From: Glycera tridactyla
Lineage: Eukaryota
Direction of reading: 5' to 3'
DNA: 64,000 nt
Assembly: GCA_965644265.1 (NCBI GenBank)
Contig: OZ286469.1
Location: 64,728,001 to 64,792,000, forward strand
Each line of letters opens with the position of its first letter. Within the stretch, counting starts at the first letter, position 1. The translations under genes were made by a program, and so were the position numbers. The notes below the pieces were generated by a model. That model was given only the letters and a program-made list of their open reading frames with translations. It was not told the DNA's origin and ran no database searches. This document shows, in pieces, positions 25,619 to 39,300 of the stretch.

Positions 25619-26799
25619 AGATGTGTGTCCTGAAAACAGCCGGGAATTGTAGCCTCCCTCACACAGGCCGCTGCTGCTCTCCTCCATAGGCATACAGCGA
25701 AGGACTGGCTGAGAGAGGCTAACTGGAATTGGTGCTCAAAACTGGTGTTTGGTGCTCTTGGTGCTTGTATGGAGTATCAGCTAGATCAGCCAGCTTGGCT
25801 CACAGGTTGTGGTGACACGCCAGGGGGACCGCAGCGGAGGCTACTCAATGGTTATAAGTGACTTACGTAATGGGGCATCCCAGTACACCAGTGATTAATA
25901 GTATCACAATGACGTAACCCAATCCTGTCCTGGGGATATACTTCTATTCTCTGTATTATCAGGCACACACCATACACCACTGGATCAACCCCCCCCCCCC
26001 CCCCCTCCTGTGGCACACCCAAACTTATTTAGGCCAAGTGCAAGCTCCTAAAGCCAATTTAGTCAGGCATTCTCCTTCCCTGGCATTAACCCTTCACTCA
26101 CCGCATAAGCGTATCCATCATATAACCTACATAATGTCAATGAATAAATTCTGTGTTGGCATGAATGATAACTATAATTTGAAAGTGCCCAATGAGACCA
26201 TTTCTTCATGCTTCATGAAATATATCCACCCAGGCCTATCATGAAAAGACCACCTATCTGTGAAGACCACTCTTGCTTCTTAGAAATGTGGATATGAGTA
26301 GACTAGGGTTACTGGAACACACCACCTGTTTGGAGAGATAATTCATCACGGGCCTCAGGGATGGTTTTCAAACAGGAAGAGATTTATCTCACACTAGGGA
26401 AAGTGTATAGGTTATTAGGCAACACTGATGCAATTTCCAAGTGTTATTTCCCATCTTTATGAGTCCCAAACAATGTCAGTTCATCAAAGTACACTGAAAT
26501 GCTTGTGTTTTTATGGCACATCTTATGTAACTGGGGGTGTTTTTTTCATGCTTTATTCACCATATAGCAAAGGCAGAGCATGGAGTCGAAATATCCCTGA
26601 ATAGGTTGGACTTTTTGAAAAAGCAAGGAATATGAGGAATTAGGATATATACTGAGATACTTGAGAACTGACTAGTGTTAGGAATCGGTACCTATTTTGG
26701 GAATCGTCTTAACACTAGAACTGACCCACAAGATACCACCTCTGCGGGATCAGTCTTGAATGATCACACCCATGCCCAGTGCATGGTCATCTCAATATA

Positions 26800-26975
26800 C
26801 AGTGAAACCTGTGATGAGAGACCGCCCTAAAAGTCACCAGAAAGCAGTCTTTCAAAAAAGGTGGTCTCTCATCGGAGGTATAATTGACTATGTCAAATAG
26901 AAAAGCTGCCCTGGGAGAGTGTCTCACATTGGTGGTGGTCTCACATCAGGGGATCTCTCGGTGCAGGTTTCACTG
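26800..26975. mobile_element. MITE family B, copy 2
   Basis: TA|CAGTGAAACCTG...CAGGTTTCACTG|TA; 176 bp, the same length as copy 1. Confidence 0.85.
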
Positions 26976-27607
26976 TATCAAGGTGGTGCTCTGGGGCATT
27001 ATACAAATAAATCAACCCGCCACCTGCTCAGAAAGACCACTTCAAAGACAATGAGAGTTGAGTCCCATCACATGTCTCCCTTAACTGGCAGGCATTGTAT
27101 AGTAAAAGCATTGGTCAGCTGCCGTAGACAGCACCACCTGCTGGGGAGAGCAATGAATGCAGGCTCCAGCAGCAGCCTCCTGCATTCATCAAAAGGCAAG
27201 AGATGAGGTAAGAGGAGGGCATCAGCGGTCCCAGGAGATGCTGGGACTATGCCGCATGTACTGACCAATGGCTAGAGAACAGCGGGCAGGGATATGATGT
27301 GGGCAACGATAAGTTAATTATTCACGTCCCGATGGACATCCCGTGAGAGAACAGCTGGCGTAAGGCCCAAAAGTTGTGCAATGCTGCGCTCCCTTGGTGG
27401 GCTTTTATAGCTCTGGCACACACTGTGGCTAGTCCTTGTGTGGTATATGCATGATGGGGTGACCCACAAATGAGGCCATGCTTGCATAGACAATGACTTA
27501 TTGGCCACTTGTTGTGGCCACTTAACAGATTAATCTATCCTTACAATCAATAGACAACCATCTGCCCAGACTATAACAAAGAGCCCATAAGAATTCCAGG
27601 ACCAATA

Positions 27608-27760
27608 CAGTGAAACCAGGGATGAGACCACCCTGAATGTCATCAAAGAGTAGTCTCAAGAGGTGGTCTCTTGTTAGCTGTATATTATTCCATCTCAAAT
27701 TGGAAAATTGTCCAACAGAAGCTTTCTTGCTTCCGGGGATCTCTTGTTGCAAGATTAAAG
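27608..27760. mobile_element. MITE family B, degenerate copy
   Basis: TA|CAGTGAAACCAGGGATGAGACCACC..., internal GAGGTGGTCTC; right end eroded. Confidence 0.6.
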
Positions 27761-29252
27761 GTAGAACTGAAAACTGACCTGCTATGCTTTCATTTTTCCT
27801 TAGTATGGAATAAGTTCAAGGCAACAACAGGATCCCAGAAGAAAGATCCTCTGACAAGGGGCCATCTATTTAAAAGAACTGATTTTGGATACCCATTTTT
27901 TTCACATGGCATGGTCAAATGTACCACTGTCTTGTGAAGCCACTTTTTTGTCATTCCCGATAGCTTACTAAGACAGCGTTAGATGTACCATCATAGGAGC
28001 ACCATTCCTGATCCTGCATCCCAACCCTAGAAATGTCACACAATTCTTCATTTATTACCACAGGATCAACTGCATTTAACAATCAGTTGAGCAAGTTGCC
28101 TGAAAGTGGTTTCTGCATAGAGGAGCTTTGCAGTCTAAACTACTACCCAGTTGCATTAAAAAGTTGCCTTTGAGGGCAGGTGGCCTTTTTAGCAGGTCTG
28201 ACACTATGCAGTACAACAGAATGCTTGGGGCACAATATTTCCCCCCTATATTTTACTGCCTATTTGGATTCGAATGTGGCTTGATTTGCAGCATCCATTG
28301 ATTTTCATGTTTCTATGGTTACAAACTGATGGAGAATGGATGAGACTGCCACATACAAGGTAATTCATCAAACATTCCCCCATCCCAGCCCTCATTATCA
28401 GTCAACCAGCAACCCGCTTCACATGACAAATTCGCTAGCTAGAACCAACGCACAACACAGATTACAACTCAACATTTCCACATTTTTTTCCGCCATGGAT
28501 ATTCAGCGCCTGCGAATAGAAGAATTCAAAAATATCCTGCACAAAATCGCACTTAGCTAATGCCCCAGTATAGATAATCTTGAGTAATCAAGCAGGATCG
28601 GACCATTTCACCAGAAGTTATAGACACTATGATCTTAAAGGTGTGTCGGGAGTGACTGATAAAACCGTATAAGACTTGAATAAAGTTCTTCATGACTGAT
28701 ACAGTGTTGCACATGCATGATATCTCACTCTTACCCAATACTCTATAGTCCTCATGTGGATAGTTAGCACCAGAGAAGCAGAAAAACCCAGTCACCTGTT
28801 TCAACACCTGTTATGGTAGGCCCACCACGTTGAGTGATACAGCCATTGAGAGGGGAAGTATACCGTAGCCCTAAGTAGGAAATAAGCCGGCAGTGTTGAT
28901 TACACCAACATTAGTATTCTCTCTATGTGTAAGTGGCAGGGCTAATCAACTAGGCAAGAGATTTAATCGTGTAGATGCCAGGCAATGTGTAGATGCCCGC
29001 CAACGCAATCAAGTGTGCCCCACGCCAAGTGAGAAAACCCCTAACTTGGATCCCCCACACCTCCTCTCCCTCCTTCCACACGTAATCTCCGTCAGTTTTC
29101 CCACTAAATCCATCATTGTCATTACTCTTTATAGCAGTTACCATTAATGACGTGATCAAGAGCCTTAATACGATTTCTCAGACTTATCCTACTTTCTGTG
29201 ATTAGTAATCCCACCAGTGATGCATTTTCACATGCATCTTGACTCGTCAATT

Positions 29253-29459
29253 GAGTAATATGCATCTTGACTCATCGGTCAAGTCATTGTTGAGTTTCTA
29301 AGATGCAAGAGGAAACTGAGTAATATGCATCTTGACTCGTCAGTCAAGTCATTGTTGAGTTTCTAAGATGCAAGAGGAAACTTGAGTAATATGCATCTTG
29401 ACTCATCAGTCAAGTCATTGTTGAGTTTCTAAGATGCAAAAGGAAACTGAGTAATATGC
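29253..29459. repeat. Tandem array of a 65-66-bp unit (3 full copies plus partials) with internal inverted repeats
   Basis: Units start at 29253, 29318 and 29384 with a partial at 29449. Consensus GAGTAATATGCATCTTGACTCATCAGTCAAGTCATTGTTGAGTTTCTAAGATGCAAGAGGAAACT. Confidence 0.95.
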
Positions 29460-30318
29460 TCATAAACATTACTTTATAAACATGTGTTTGAGACTTATAT
29501 AATTACTTGGTCTCACAAGACATGGGAGTCTACACACAGACTGGCTGGTATCCAGACTAGAAGAGGAACTAGGGAGAACTGAACACAACATACATTATAC
29601 TAACGACCAAATTAAACAGCGAGGGCAGGCAGAAGCCGAAAAAGACAAGCTAGAGGGACGTAACCAGGTCATTGCTAAATCATTTGCTGTCTGATCATGA
29701 TGGAATGAGTCCATTCACGGAACAGACAAATGAATGCGGAAAGCCGACCATTTCACTAGGCCTGCTGCCCTAGAATCCCACACCTCATAGGATTGATATA
29801 TAGTAGGCTTTCTTCTTTAACAGCAATAGCCAAACCTGCATGAACAGGTTATGCGCTCATTACTGAAAAGTGTTGAAAGCATACAACTATCAGCGAGATG
29901 TCACAATGTTAGGTGTTATAAGCATAAATATGCCTGAAAATATTAATCATCTGAAAAACATTTTGATAACCCAAAGAATTCACCTCAAAATGACGTCCAA
30001 CTCTACAGTCACTGTACTGCGATTATCTAGGTTGCCAGGTGAGGGCTATTCAGACACAAATTTACCTACATTACATGAAAATAGGAGCGTACATCTCAAA
30101 ATTTGTATTGGATTTGAAGCGGATTACAACCATAGTGCACTGCTTATCGACAATGTACATGTGCACGGTTGCACCTCACAGATGCAACAATTGGTGACCT
30201 GTAAGGGCAAAACCTGTTATTAAAGACAGGTCAACAGACAAGTGTAGTAAATGCTGGGTGATATATCTTGCATTCACTGTAATATCTGTGCTACACAGTC
30301 ATCATAGTCATTTTATTA

Positions 30319-30684
30319 TCATCCAGAAGATCCGCAATACCAGCAGATCTGACGACACAAAACTAGCGCCAGGGTTCCACCATCCCTGCTAGATTCCTGG
30401 ATGATCACGGCTATGGGATCGAGAATAACGGAAGTGCGCCTATCGTTCTTCGATACCTGGCAATTCCGAATGACAGGTTGAGACTCATCAGTCACTGGGC
30501 GCCCCGATACCATTGTCGGCGTTGTCATGACGATGGCGTTGTCGGTGATGTACACCGATACCGTCACGCCCCCAATATCCTCTGTTAAACATGTCGTCTT
30601 AGTGCGTGCGTTTGTTTGTCCGCCTGTCCCACGTGTGACAGACATCACAGTGGTGGCCAGTCCTCTGTTCTCCTGATCGATATC
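30319..30684 (-). CDS. Possible 121-aa terminal exon or coding relic; product unknown
   Basis: CpG-rich, codon-like open frame DIDQENRGLATTVMS...VTVSVYITDNAIVMTT...CWYCGSSG ending TGA TAA TAA with an overlapping AATAAA. The upstream acceptor (gttgaatatatag) is weak. Confidence 0.3.
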   Translation of the reverse strand, partial: DIDQENRGLATTVMSVTRGTGGQTNARTKTTCLTEDIGGVTVSVYITDNAIVMTTPTMVSGRPVTDESQPVIRNCQVSKNDRRTSVILDPIAVIIQESSRDGGTLALVLCRQICWYCGSSG

Positions 30685-30875
30685 CTATATATTCAACATT
30701 TAACCCTCCTACCTCCAGCTATCATCTCACCTTCATCACCAACTAAATATGCCTCTGGAACTACGTGAAATGCCCTAATCTTGACAGCAATTTCTCATAC
30801 CCTTATTTGAGACACGCCCTTTTAACAGCCAAACAATTATTTGGTTAGCCTTCATTCAGACTAACTAGAAAACAC

Positions 30876-31078
30876 TGGTAGGCCAACCTTTGATGATCAA
30901 AATTAGTAATGATAGCAATTTTCCAGATGACAGCAGTATTTGCAATTTCCTAATGACGGCAGTATTTGCGATGATCATTTGAGAAGAATTTCTTGGTAGT
31001 AGTGTTATGAAAAAATGGAAAAAAATTGGCTAAAAAAGAGTAATCATTGCCGCTAAATTGTAATGATTGGTATCACTG
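30876..31078. mobile_element. MITE family D, copy 3 (degenerate)
   Basis: GGCCAACC...GCAGTATTTGCAAT...CTAAATTGTAATGATTGGTATCACTG. Confidence 0.55.
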
Positions 31079-33540
31079 ATGTTTCCACCCACTCAATTTA
31101 TCACAGAAGAAGTAGCACTGAAATAGGAATGTGGATGAATATTGGACAGACTCTATATTGGCTGGGCTGAAATGACCCCCGGTAGGGACTGAAGATGGTG
31201 AAGTTCTGGTGCTCTGCGATTCGCTCCTGAAAGTGCTTCAGACAGCGGCGTTCTTCAGTCAAGTGTTGCGAGATTAAAGTACACTTCTCGGAACTACCAA
31301 TAATCCCGCCAGCTGCCTCCTCCCTCTACTCACCAATCATCATCTCAACCAGAAATGAACAACACAGGCAAAAGTCGAACTACTTCTGTGAATAATTTCG
31401 CCACGCTGCGACATCATCAATAACCAACAAACATTATTCTTTTACAAGAACAATAGTGACTTCATTACAAAAACTGGTGACATGAGCAAAATTAAGCATT
31501 ACGGAGCATGCAGGCATAGAACATAGTTCTCTTGAGTGTTATTCATATAAATATCATTTCTGTATAGTGTAAACAGAAGTACAATCCCTACTATCAGAAT
31601 AATGTTTTCCATAAATCCTGGGGGAAAGATGACATCATACTCATCTAGTACACAGTAGAAGCATGAACAACCAGAGTTGGACAGGCCATCCGTGAAATAC
31701 CGTGAAATACCATGAAATACCAGGTAGGGGTTTTGGGCACTTTGAATTTCTGACACCTGAAGGCCACATGGGCGACAGATAGCTAAAGTACCAGAAACCT
31801 GTAGTAGGTTTGTACTTAGGCTGTCGACTGCACTTCAGTGATCAGTCAATCACTCCTTTTAATATAGTGGCATGGTAGCTAGTGGTAGGGAGATGATATC
31901 AACGTGATTATAGTTAAAACTCTGGATCAGGTCTCCGAGCTAGGCACCAGCCTGCCCTGGCTAAGGCCACACCCACAACTCATAAAATATTTTATATTTG
32001 GCATTTAAAAACCCACATAAAATGGGTCGATAATGCAAGCACACCTAATCAAGCCTGGCACTCTGGGGTTTAAACACAAATACACAACTAAACCCAATAA
32101 TGCACTAATAAATCAGCTCATAAAGGGTGCGTAAAAAGCCTCTAAAACCCCTCCGAGGGTCACTCCTTCTTCCTCACATACCCCTAGATCGAATGCATTC
32201 AGCGTGACTCCCGCCAAATCCTACAGGAAAATAACTAAGCACCCATTAATTAAGGAATAGCATGCTATGACCTTATAGGATATAAAATTACATGATATAT
32301 GGACCTGGATACAGCACTTAAAAGACCCTGCTGCAAACGAGGATGAAGAAAAAAAAACACAGCATGATGTGCGATGAAACTCAAAGATTATAAGTATAGT
32401 AGACCATATATTAAGAAACCACCCTCAGGAAACGAAGCATGGTTGTTCGAGACAGGTAAATTATCGTAAAAATACTCGTAGGATATCAGAAAGTCGCTGC
32501 TCAAGACAGGTGGTTGCTGGATATAGTGGTTGTTCAGTACAGGTTCCATCTTTCCATCACCATCTCATGAGATATATCTTCTGTATCACATGCCTGAGTA
32601 TCTTACTATTTGATAAATTGCCCAAGACCAGGGAAAATATGGATGAACGCCAAAGGATGCAAGAAAAAACCCTCTCTCAAGTTTCACGATCATGTTTCTC
32701 AATTAACTATTGGACAGAACTATGGAAAACCACTTTCTGTTGTTTTTATGGGTGGCATCTCATGACGGATTTCACTGCACTACTCCTTCATAGTCAACCA
32801 GCATGTGTTCATGTGAAATGACACATTTATTCGGATCTTCCCCCTCCCCCCTCCCCATTCCTCTCTTCTCACACACACATAATCCAGTGCAGTGGGCCAC
32901 AAGCTATCCATCATAACTGTGTATACGACTTAATTCCTTTATATCCCTCAAAACACCCATGAATATCCTATCTTTCTATGATGAACTACTCTTGACTCTT
33001 CTCACTGGACTGAGACTATGGACTAAAACAATGCTACTATTTCCGTACAAGTTTACCCCACTCAATCATGAATATTATATCCTTGCAATGATGATTTCGG
33101 TGATAGTTCAATAGATGCATAAAACAGTGCCTGCATCATCACCATCATCCCTCCCAACCACTGACATGAATTACCTATGCATTACCCATGCTAGGCTGGC
33201 TGTTTTTATGTCAAGGAGGGGCGTGCAATGTTTTATACATGAGTGACTGAGGGTATAAAAAAATCGTGGAAGGTATAAAAAACCTGGCATGTAGTTCATG
33301 CCTCATCTGGCTCCATCGCTGCTGGCTATGTGATAACCTTACCTCATATGAATCAATCATAATGCCGGCCGGCTGATTGATTGAGTCTCCTATATGACAA
33401 TGTTCTTCACCCTTGCCCTATAGTTGATCCATGCCAAGAAGACATCAGTCCCGACAGTAATCAATTGGAGATTTTCATTCATTATAAGGAATTGACTATA
33501 GAACAGTCCTGCATCACTCATGTGTGAGTCCCAACAAATT

Positions 33541-33730
33541 TTCACACACACTCACGAATGCACGCATGCGCACACACACACACTCATGCATGCACTCACG
33601 CACACAAGAATGCACACACATGCATGCACGAACGCACACACACATGCACACACGCACGCACGAACGAACGCACACACACATGCACACACACCTACACCTA
33701 CACACACCTACACACACACACACACCTACT
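33541..33730. repeat. Degenerate CA-rich simple repeat
   Basis: Directly visible. Confidence 0.9.
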
Positions 33731-35031
33731 CACTTGTCAGATCTGGTCAGCGGGAACACAGGGCCGCTCTACATTTAGATAGAAACTGATTATCGCAGAC
33801 CTTTGTCAATTACCGTGATAAGTCTCCGAGAATAGAATAAATTGAAGCTGCCAAACCCGGACAGCCACGTCAATAATAAAGATGACACGTTCAAAAGAGA
33901 AAATGGAGGGGGTCCCATGGCAACTCGTTCTCGGAGCTGGGCTATTTATAATTGCATCATTTATGTAGGCTGGCCAGTTTGGAGGGTGCGGCAGTCCTGT
34001 GTAATGTAACATTGGTGACAATCCTGACATGCTCTGCTTCATCATGTCTGGCTAGGACACACTTTACTCTCACCCAAATAGGCTCAAAACAAACCATCAG
34101 CTGCAGATGTTTTCATGGTTCCCTATAAACTGAGAACACTCATGCTATGACATGTTCACCAATGATCCAATTCATCCAAACATAAATGTTCTTGATAAAA
34201 CAAATCACAGAAGCTCTCGGTTGATGTGGTTTCTGGTAAACTGATGACACAATGAATATCCTGAATAACGTGTCTGTGATGAAGGACAACTGTACATGTC
34301 ACCAAAAGTGGTCTATCAAGGGTGGACCACAGAATAGAGGTCGATAACGGAAAGGTCTTACATAACACAGGTGAGAAACAACAGAGGCATTGTCAGTTAC
34401 AGAAGAATCTTTCAAAACATTTGTGGACAGATCGACGGACAGACGGACGGACAGACCCAGTGATAGTGCATCTGCATATCATGAGGGGCCCTAACTATAG
34501 GAAAATCATGCCGGTTAGCATCTATGGAAAAAGGTGTTGAGTTGATGAAGTCATGCTCAGGACAAATTTTACGAATTTCTCTCGTATATCTGATATACTT
34601 TTGTTTGGGGGATCCCCCTGCAGAGTAGTGAGGCTGGGGTTAGAGGGTTAATAAGATAGAGGGCTCATTACCCTGTGGTTCTTGTCTGGCCATTCTCGGC
34701 CCACTGTCTACACATCAATTCTCATCCACCAGTCCACTCAATCAATCAATTAACAACTGCATCTGCATCCAAACGACCCGCCAACTTCTGCTGCTGGTTT
34801 CACTATGATATAAGTCCATCCCTGAATTGCCCTGCTTTCTTTCAAATGCCATGAAACTGGCCCAAGCTCATATTGCCACTTATTGAAGAGTTCATCAATT
34901 CACAAAGGTCAATCTTCTGCAAGACCAAGGGTGACCTTTATAGACAGGCTTGAATGTACAAAGGTTCACCGAATGGTCTGCAGCCACAGTGGGGTATGGA
35001 GGAGAAAACAGCACTATACAGATTTTTCTAT

Positions 35032-35148
35032 AGGGTATCCTTTTATGGTTTGAAGGAAAACTTCAGCACTGGATAGATTTCTCTATAGGGTATCCTTCAA
35101 TATTTTGAAGGGAAAATTTCAACACTAGGTAGATTTCTTATAGGGTAC
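35032..35148. repeat. Imperfect ~55-bp tandem repeat, about 2.5 copies
   Basis: CACT...AGATTT.T.TATAGGGTA occurs three times, with TTTGAAGG(G)AAAA.TTCA between copies. Confidence 0.75.
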
Positions 35149-35846
35149 ATTATCATTGGATATCACCTGATGGAGGGAGTTTCTGGAAATTCCCGATTCA
35201 TCAGCAAGCAGCTCCCACTATCCCTCATGCTAAACCACCCTCTCTCATTAATAATTCACCTGAAATTAATCATTCGAAAAACTCGGGTTATGCCGTGGCT
35301 GGCTGCCAGCAATATAAAACTTGAGATTTATTAAATTACAAGAAAAAATAGAACATGTGAAGAAATAATAGATCTGCTCTGTCTGATGAGTTGCTTAGAA
35401 TCATGCACACGGGCGCGCCCCCTGGATTATTCAAACTTAGAGCAGTGTGAGCAATCCACAGTCTGCCTTGATGCATGAGCACGTCTGATTTGGCAGCTGG
35501 CATTGGTGATATTGGGCTTGAAATAGCAATGAATTTGTCAAGATATTACAGCCCTGGAATGACTTCATCGCATAAGAACATCTTGAGATGAAAAACTCTT
35601 AATGATGATTGCGAAACACTCCTTATCAATATTCGTTTTTCTTTTGATTCATTACCAGAACCCGCAGTGATCGAGCCCTGAATCACTTGGAAAATTTTTC
35701 CCTCATGACAGCTGCTTGCTGGTTCCGAGGAATTTTGCTGAACCTAATCGCACACAGGCTTGCTTGTAGCCAGCTCTACTGTATCATTATCATGATTGAT
35801 ATTACTGCTATAATCAGTGTTATCATGATTACCATCATTATCATTA

Positions 35847-35847
<1 letters not shown>

Positions 35848-35921
<74 letters not shown>
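35848..35921. repeat. (CA)n microsatellite (further CA tracts at 36328-36382 and 39310-39513)
   Basis: Directly visible. Confidence 0.95.
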
Positions 35922-35923
<2 letters not shown>

Positions 35924-35944
35924 ATGTCAAAGTTTTTGGTTTCT

Positions 35945-36020
35945 CGTGAAATCAAACCCACGACCTCTGAGTGAGGCACTGACTGCTAGCATCGCTAACC
36001 ACTCAGCCAACACAAGCCCC
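35945..36020 (-). mobile_element. tRNA-derived SINE head (or decayed tRNA pseudogene) with Pol III A and B boxes
   Basis: Minus strand GGGGCTTGTGT-TGGCTGAGTGG-TTAGCG...AGAGGTCGTG-GGTTTGATTTC. The A box matches TRGCNNAGYGG and the B box is a decayed GGTTCGATTCC. No intact cloverleaf. Confidence 0.65.
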
Positions 36021-36325
36021 CACACCCACACCCATACACACCGGACAGTGTTGGATGTACATGTACCTACACAAGGTGTGATATACACACTATCTCCAGC
36101 ATAGAAGAGTGTTTGGCATGAACTGAGTGGCCAGCTCTGGAAGATGGTACTCTCCTTGGAGATGAAAGAAGGTTGAAAAGGCCTTCAAAGGTATGTGATT
36201 GTAAAGTCGGGAGGACTTGCTGAGGGTACCAGACTCTAAACCACAACATTTTCATTTATTCTACCTTTCCATACCACCCCTACACAAACACACACACTTT
36301 TACACACATATGCACGGATATGGAT

Positions 36326-36374
<49 letters not shown>

Positions 36375-39300
36375 CACACACAAACAAATCTATCCACCCA
36401 CTTTCTCCCCTACGCACAAACAGCCATCTTTCAATCTCAGTGAATAGTGATGATAACTACATAATGCTTGATGCCGATGCGGGCAGCGGCATTGCAGAGA
36501 GATCAGCGGGCAATGTAAGATCCATTAAGAGTGAATTTGCACGGAGGAGCTGCTGCAGCGGCAAAGCTGATGAATGAAAAATCGACGTTGGTTGATCGAG
36601 GGACCATTTTGGCTGGCATCCATCATGCAAGGTGTGCTGCCATGTTGTAAATAGTGCCGCTTACCATGCTGACCATGTACTCAACGTGTCGGATCCAATT
36701 CCCTCCGAAACATTTTCACCACGTGCACGATTTTACAAGATGCTCATAGTGGCTTTGTTAAGTCCATCGTTCCCTGCGATGAATCTTCATCTGGCACAGT
36801 TCTCAAGATGGCTGCCATTGACTTGTCAAAATAACTACCGGCCCCTTCAACAGGGATGCGATGGACTCACTAAAGAAAACTTCGAAGACCTCTCTGGACA
36901 CACCTGTTACCAAGATATTGTAAGCCATGCATGCGACAATAATGCCAAGTCATGGCTACAATGCCTCAAGACCAGCTGGATGTCAAAAATATTGAATACC
37001 CACAAACTAGGTGCTCTATCTCCGCCAATTCTAGTCCTTTTTTCATGATCTAATAGCCAAAATATTCAGATAGAAGGTCATTTTCAGCTATATTATGGCT
37101 TGCCACTTTTGCATTGAAAAACATGGGATTCCATCGATCCTTGGTATACTCGTTTATCTGTTTCAAACAAAACCACCAATAAAATCTTTGCCAATATGGT
37201 CCCCTTGTATTTCAGTCTCAATAGGTCCATCACAATACTACTGACAGAATATTCTACAGTGACAAACGTATCCATTCATGCAATCCATATATCCTTGCAT
37301 AAATGTGGTGGCAGAGATTGCAAATTATCTAAGGGCACGACTATTGATAACTTTCAAGTCTGATGTGAATAGATGGTTTGGAACAGTTTTCTGACATGTA
37401 TCACCAGTGACATATAACCCGCCTTTCTGGACTCCGATATATTGAATTCAGGATGGCTTCATCGCTTCAAGCCAATGCTAGATGAACTGATATTGACTGG
37501 CATGTCCAGGTAATTTGAATTTTCAAAACCGTCTCATGGACAATGGATATTGATTTCTGAGCAGAAGCAAATAGTCCCGATGTTTACAAAGACACATCGT
37601 CGTCGGTTGATATAAGCTTCATTTTCTGCGAGTAAATATGATGACGGCGACTCTCAAACATGGTTGGCTGTCAGACATCACACATCACACACTCGGCCCG
37701 AACGTTTCACCTGCACAACGGCCATGATAGGGTGGCCATGATAGGGCACATGTCGGCCATGATGAAAGATGGGTTGGCATGGTAACCAGGACTGGCAATT
37801 GACACAGGCCATTGACACCCAAGTGAAATTCATGCCCAGTAACAATATTTTCATAGCATGCAACAGATGTTATTTTGATGAAGAATTAATTTAATCAGTG
37901 TGGTTGAAATTAGATCGTGCCTAAAGGGCCTGGGGATCAATCCAGCAACTTCTAACATCAAGTTACTCGCTTTCACGTGATATATCAACCATGTTGCGCA
38001 AACTCATCATGCTTCTAGAGTTTGATGAAACACACTCTTCAAATCACTATTATTAAATACTTTCATTGTCTGACACTGAAAGCACCATAGGAGGTGTATC
38101 TTATCATCCAATGCCACAGAAGTTTCTGGCGTGATTGGCTCAAGATGCTTTTGGATTTTGACTATGAGACATATATCTTCATGGAATAATGTCAATGAAA
38201 GACAGCAGGGAGAACTCCATATTTCGAGAGTAATTTGGAAGCTTCCAGTCAAGGACTGCGGGTGAAGGAGCATCTCAGATCTACGTTCTACTCATTGTGA
38301 CTCGCGATACTCAACAATCTCTCATGTCACGGGTTTTGCTCGTGTAACTTGGAACATCAAAGCTTGTGACATTCACCTGATGAGAAGAAACGCTCGATGA
38401 TGACAGTGAAGATGATCTCGGTGATCACCAAGCGCGAGCATGATCGAGAGCACGATCAGCGACATGCGAGCACTGAACTCTATCGACTGTGTCACAACAT
38501 ATTAGCCTGGTTTACAAAGACAATCAAAGACCCTGATGATGATGACGATGATAGCTGATAATAGTTTGATGCTGATCTTCATCCCTATCAGAATCCATAC
38601 ACATTTTAAAACCCATCTCCAAATCATGGTGCCAATCTTTCACTCAATTCAAATGTAATTCAAACACAACTCTAAACAACTTCAAGGTCAGATTGACCTT
38701 GATTGACTTTGATTAGAACATATAATCCTGTAATGGTGTCCATCTAATTCAGAACATAAAGATTTTTCAACAAAATCTGATGGCATTTATTTCATTTCTT
38801 ACGAAATGAAATCTGGATTTGCAAGCGGAAAATAAACCCTGGCCTATAGGGGTGGGTATTAGTCTAGATTTTGAATTGCACTGTGAATTGTCCCTGTATT
38901 CACCAGATCCGATGATCGGATTCTAATCTTGAATGCGCTCTACCTCGCACTCGACAGTAATCACATTCAATCTGCAGGGATCAGGAGAAATACTTGACCC
39001 CGCACGCTAATCAAAGAATATCAGCCTTTGATGACGAGTCAGAGACGCAGGTTCCGATGATCGGTTTTATCTTAGGCGCCATTTCAGACCGCTGGACGCA
39101 GGTCATCTGTTGCCTGTTATCCAAGGATGACCAGGTTGCCAGGAAACTTGTTGATGTTTAAATGCTTATAGATTGTGATTTCAAGAATGGACTCACATGA
39201 TGAAAGGTCCATGGAAAAAAGTCGAATGTTAACGCCATTGAGATACCCCCTAAGAGAGATGCCTCAGTAAGCAGCTATAGGGCTAGCATAGACAATGAAC

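Noticed and set aside
28720-28790. Possible 8- or 16-nt minus-strand microexon before TTGG|gtaaga
   Set aside because: The pyrimidine tract is separated from the AG, and neither length preserves frame.
29253-29459. CRISPR-like appearance of palindromic direct repeats
   Set aside because: Units abut with no unique spacers, there are no cas genes, and the context is eukaryotic.
31100-31335. Minus-strand frame ...ISQHLTEERRCLKHFQERIAEHQNFTIFSPYRGSF, protein-like (faint echoes of GIY-YIG RIxEH or a DH-PH linker)
   Set aside because: There is an in-frame stop upstream, no credible acceptor or donor, and the key GIY-YIG residues are absent. Worth a BLASTX but unsupported.
16945-34375. Plus-strand YAG|GTRAG matches (~16945, ~30038, ~34371)
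   Set aside because: No polypyrimidine tract, and the count is what chance predicts. Kept only as a negative control for the minus-strand sites.
38377-38470. Minus-strand MSLIVLSIMLALG signal-peptide-like start ending at ag|gtgaat
   Set aside because: It is short, the remainder is His/Asp-rich and non-protein-like, and the site is equally explained as a weak AG|GT acceptor.
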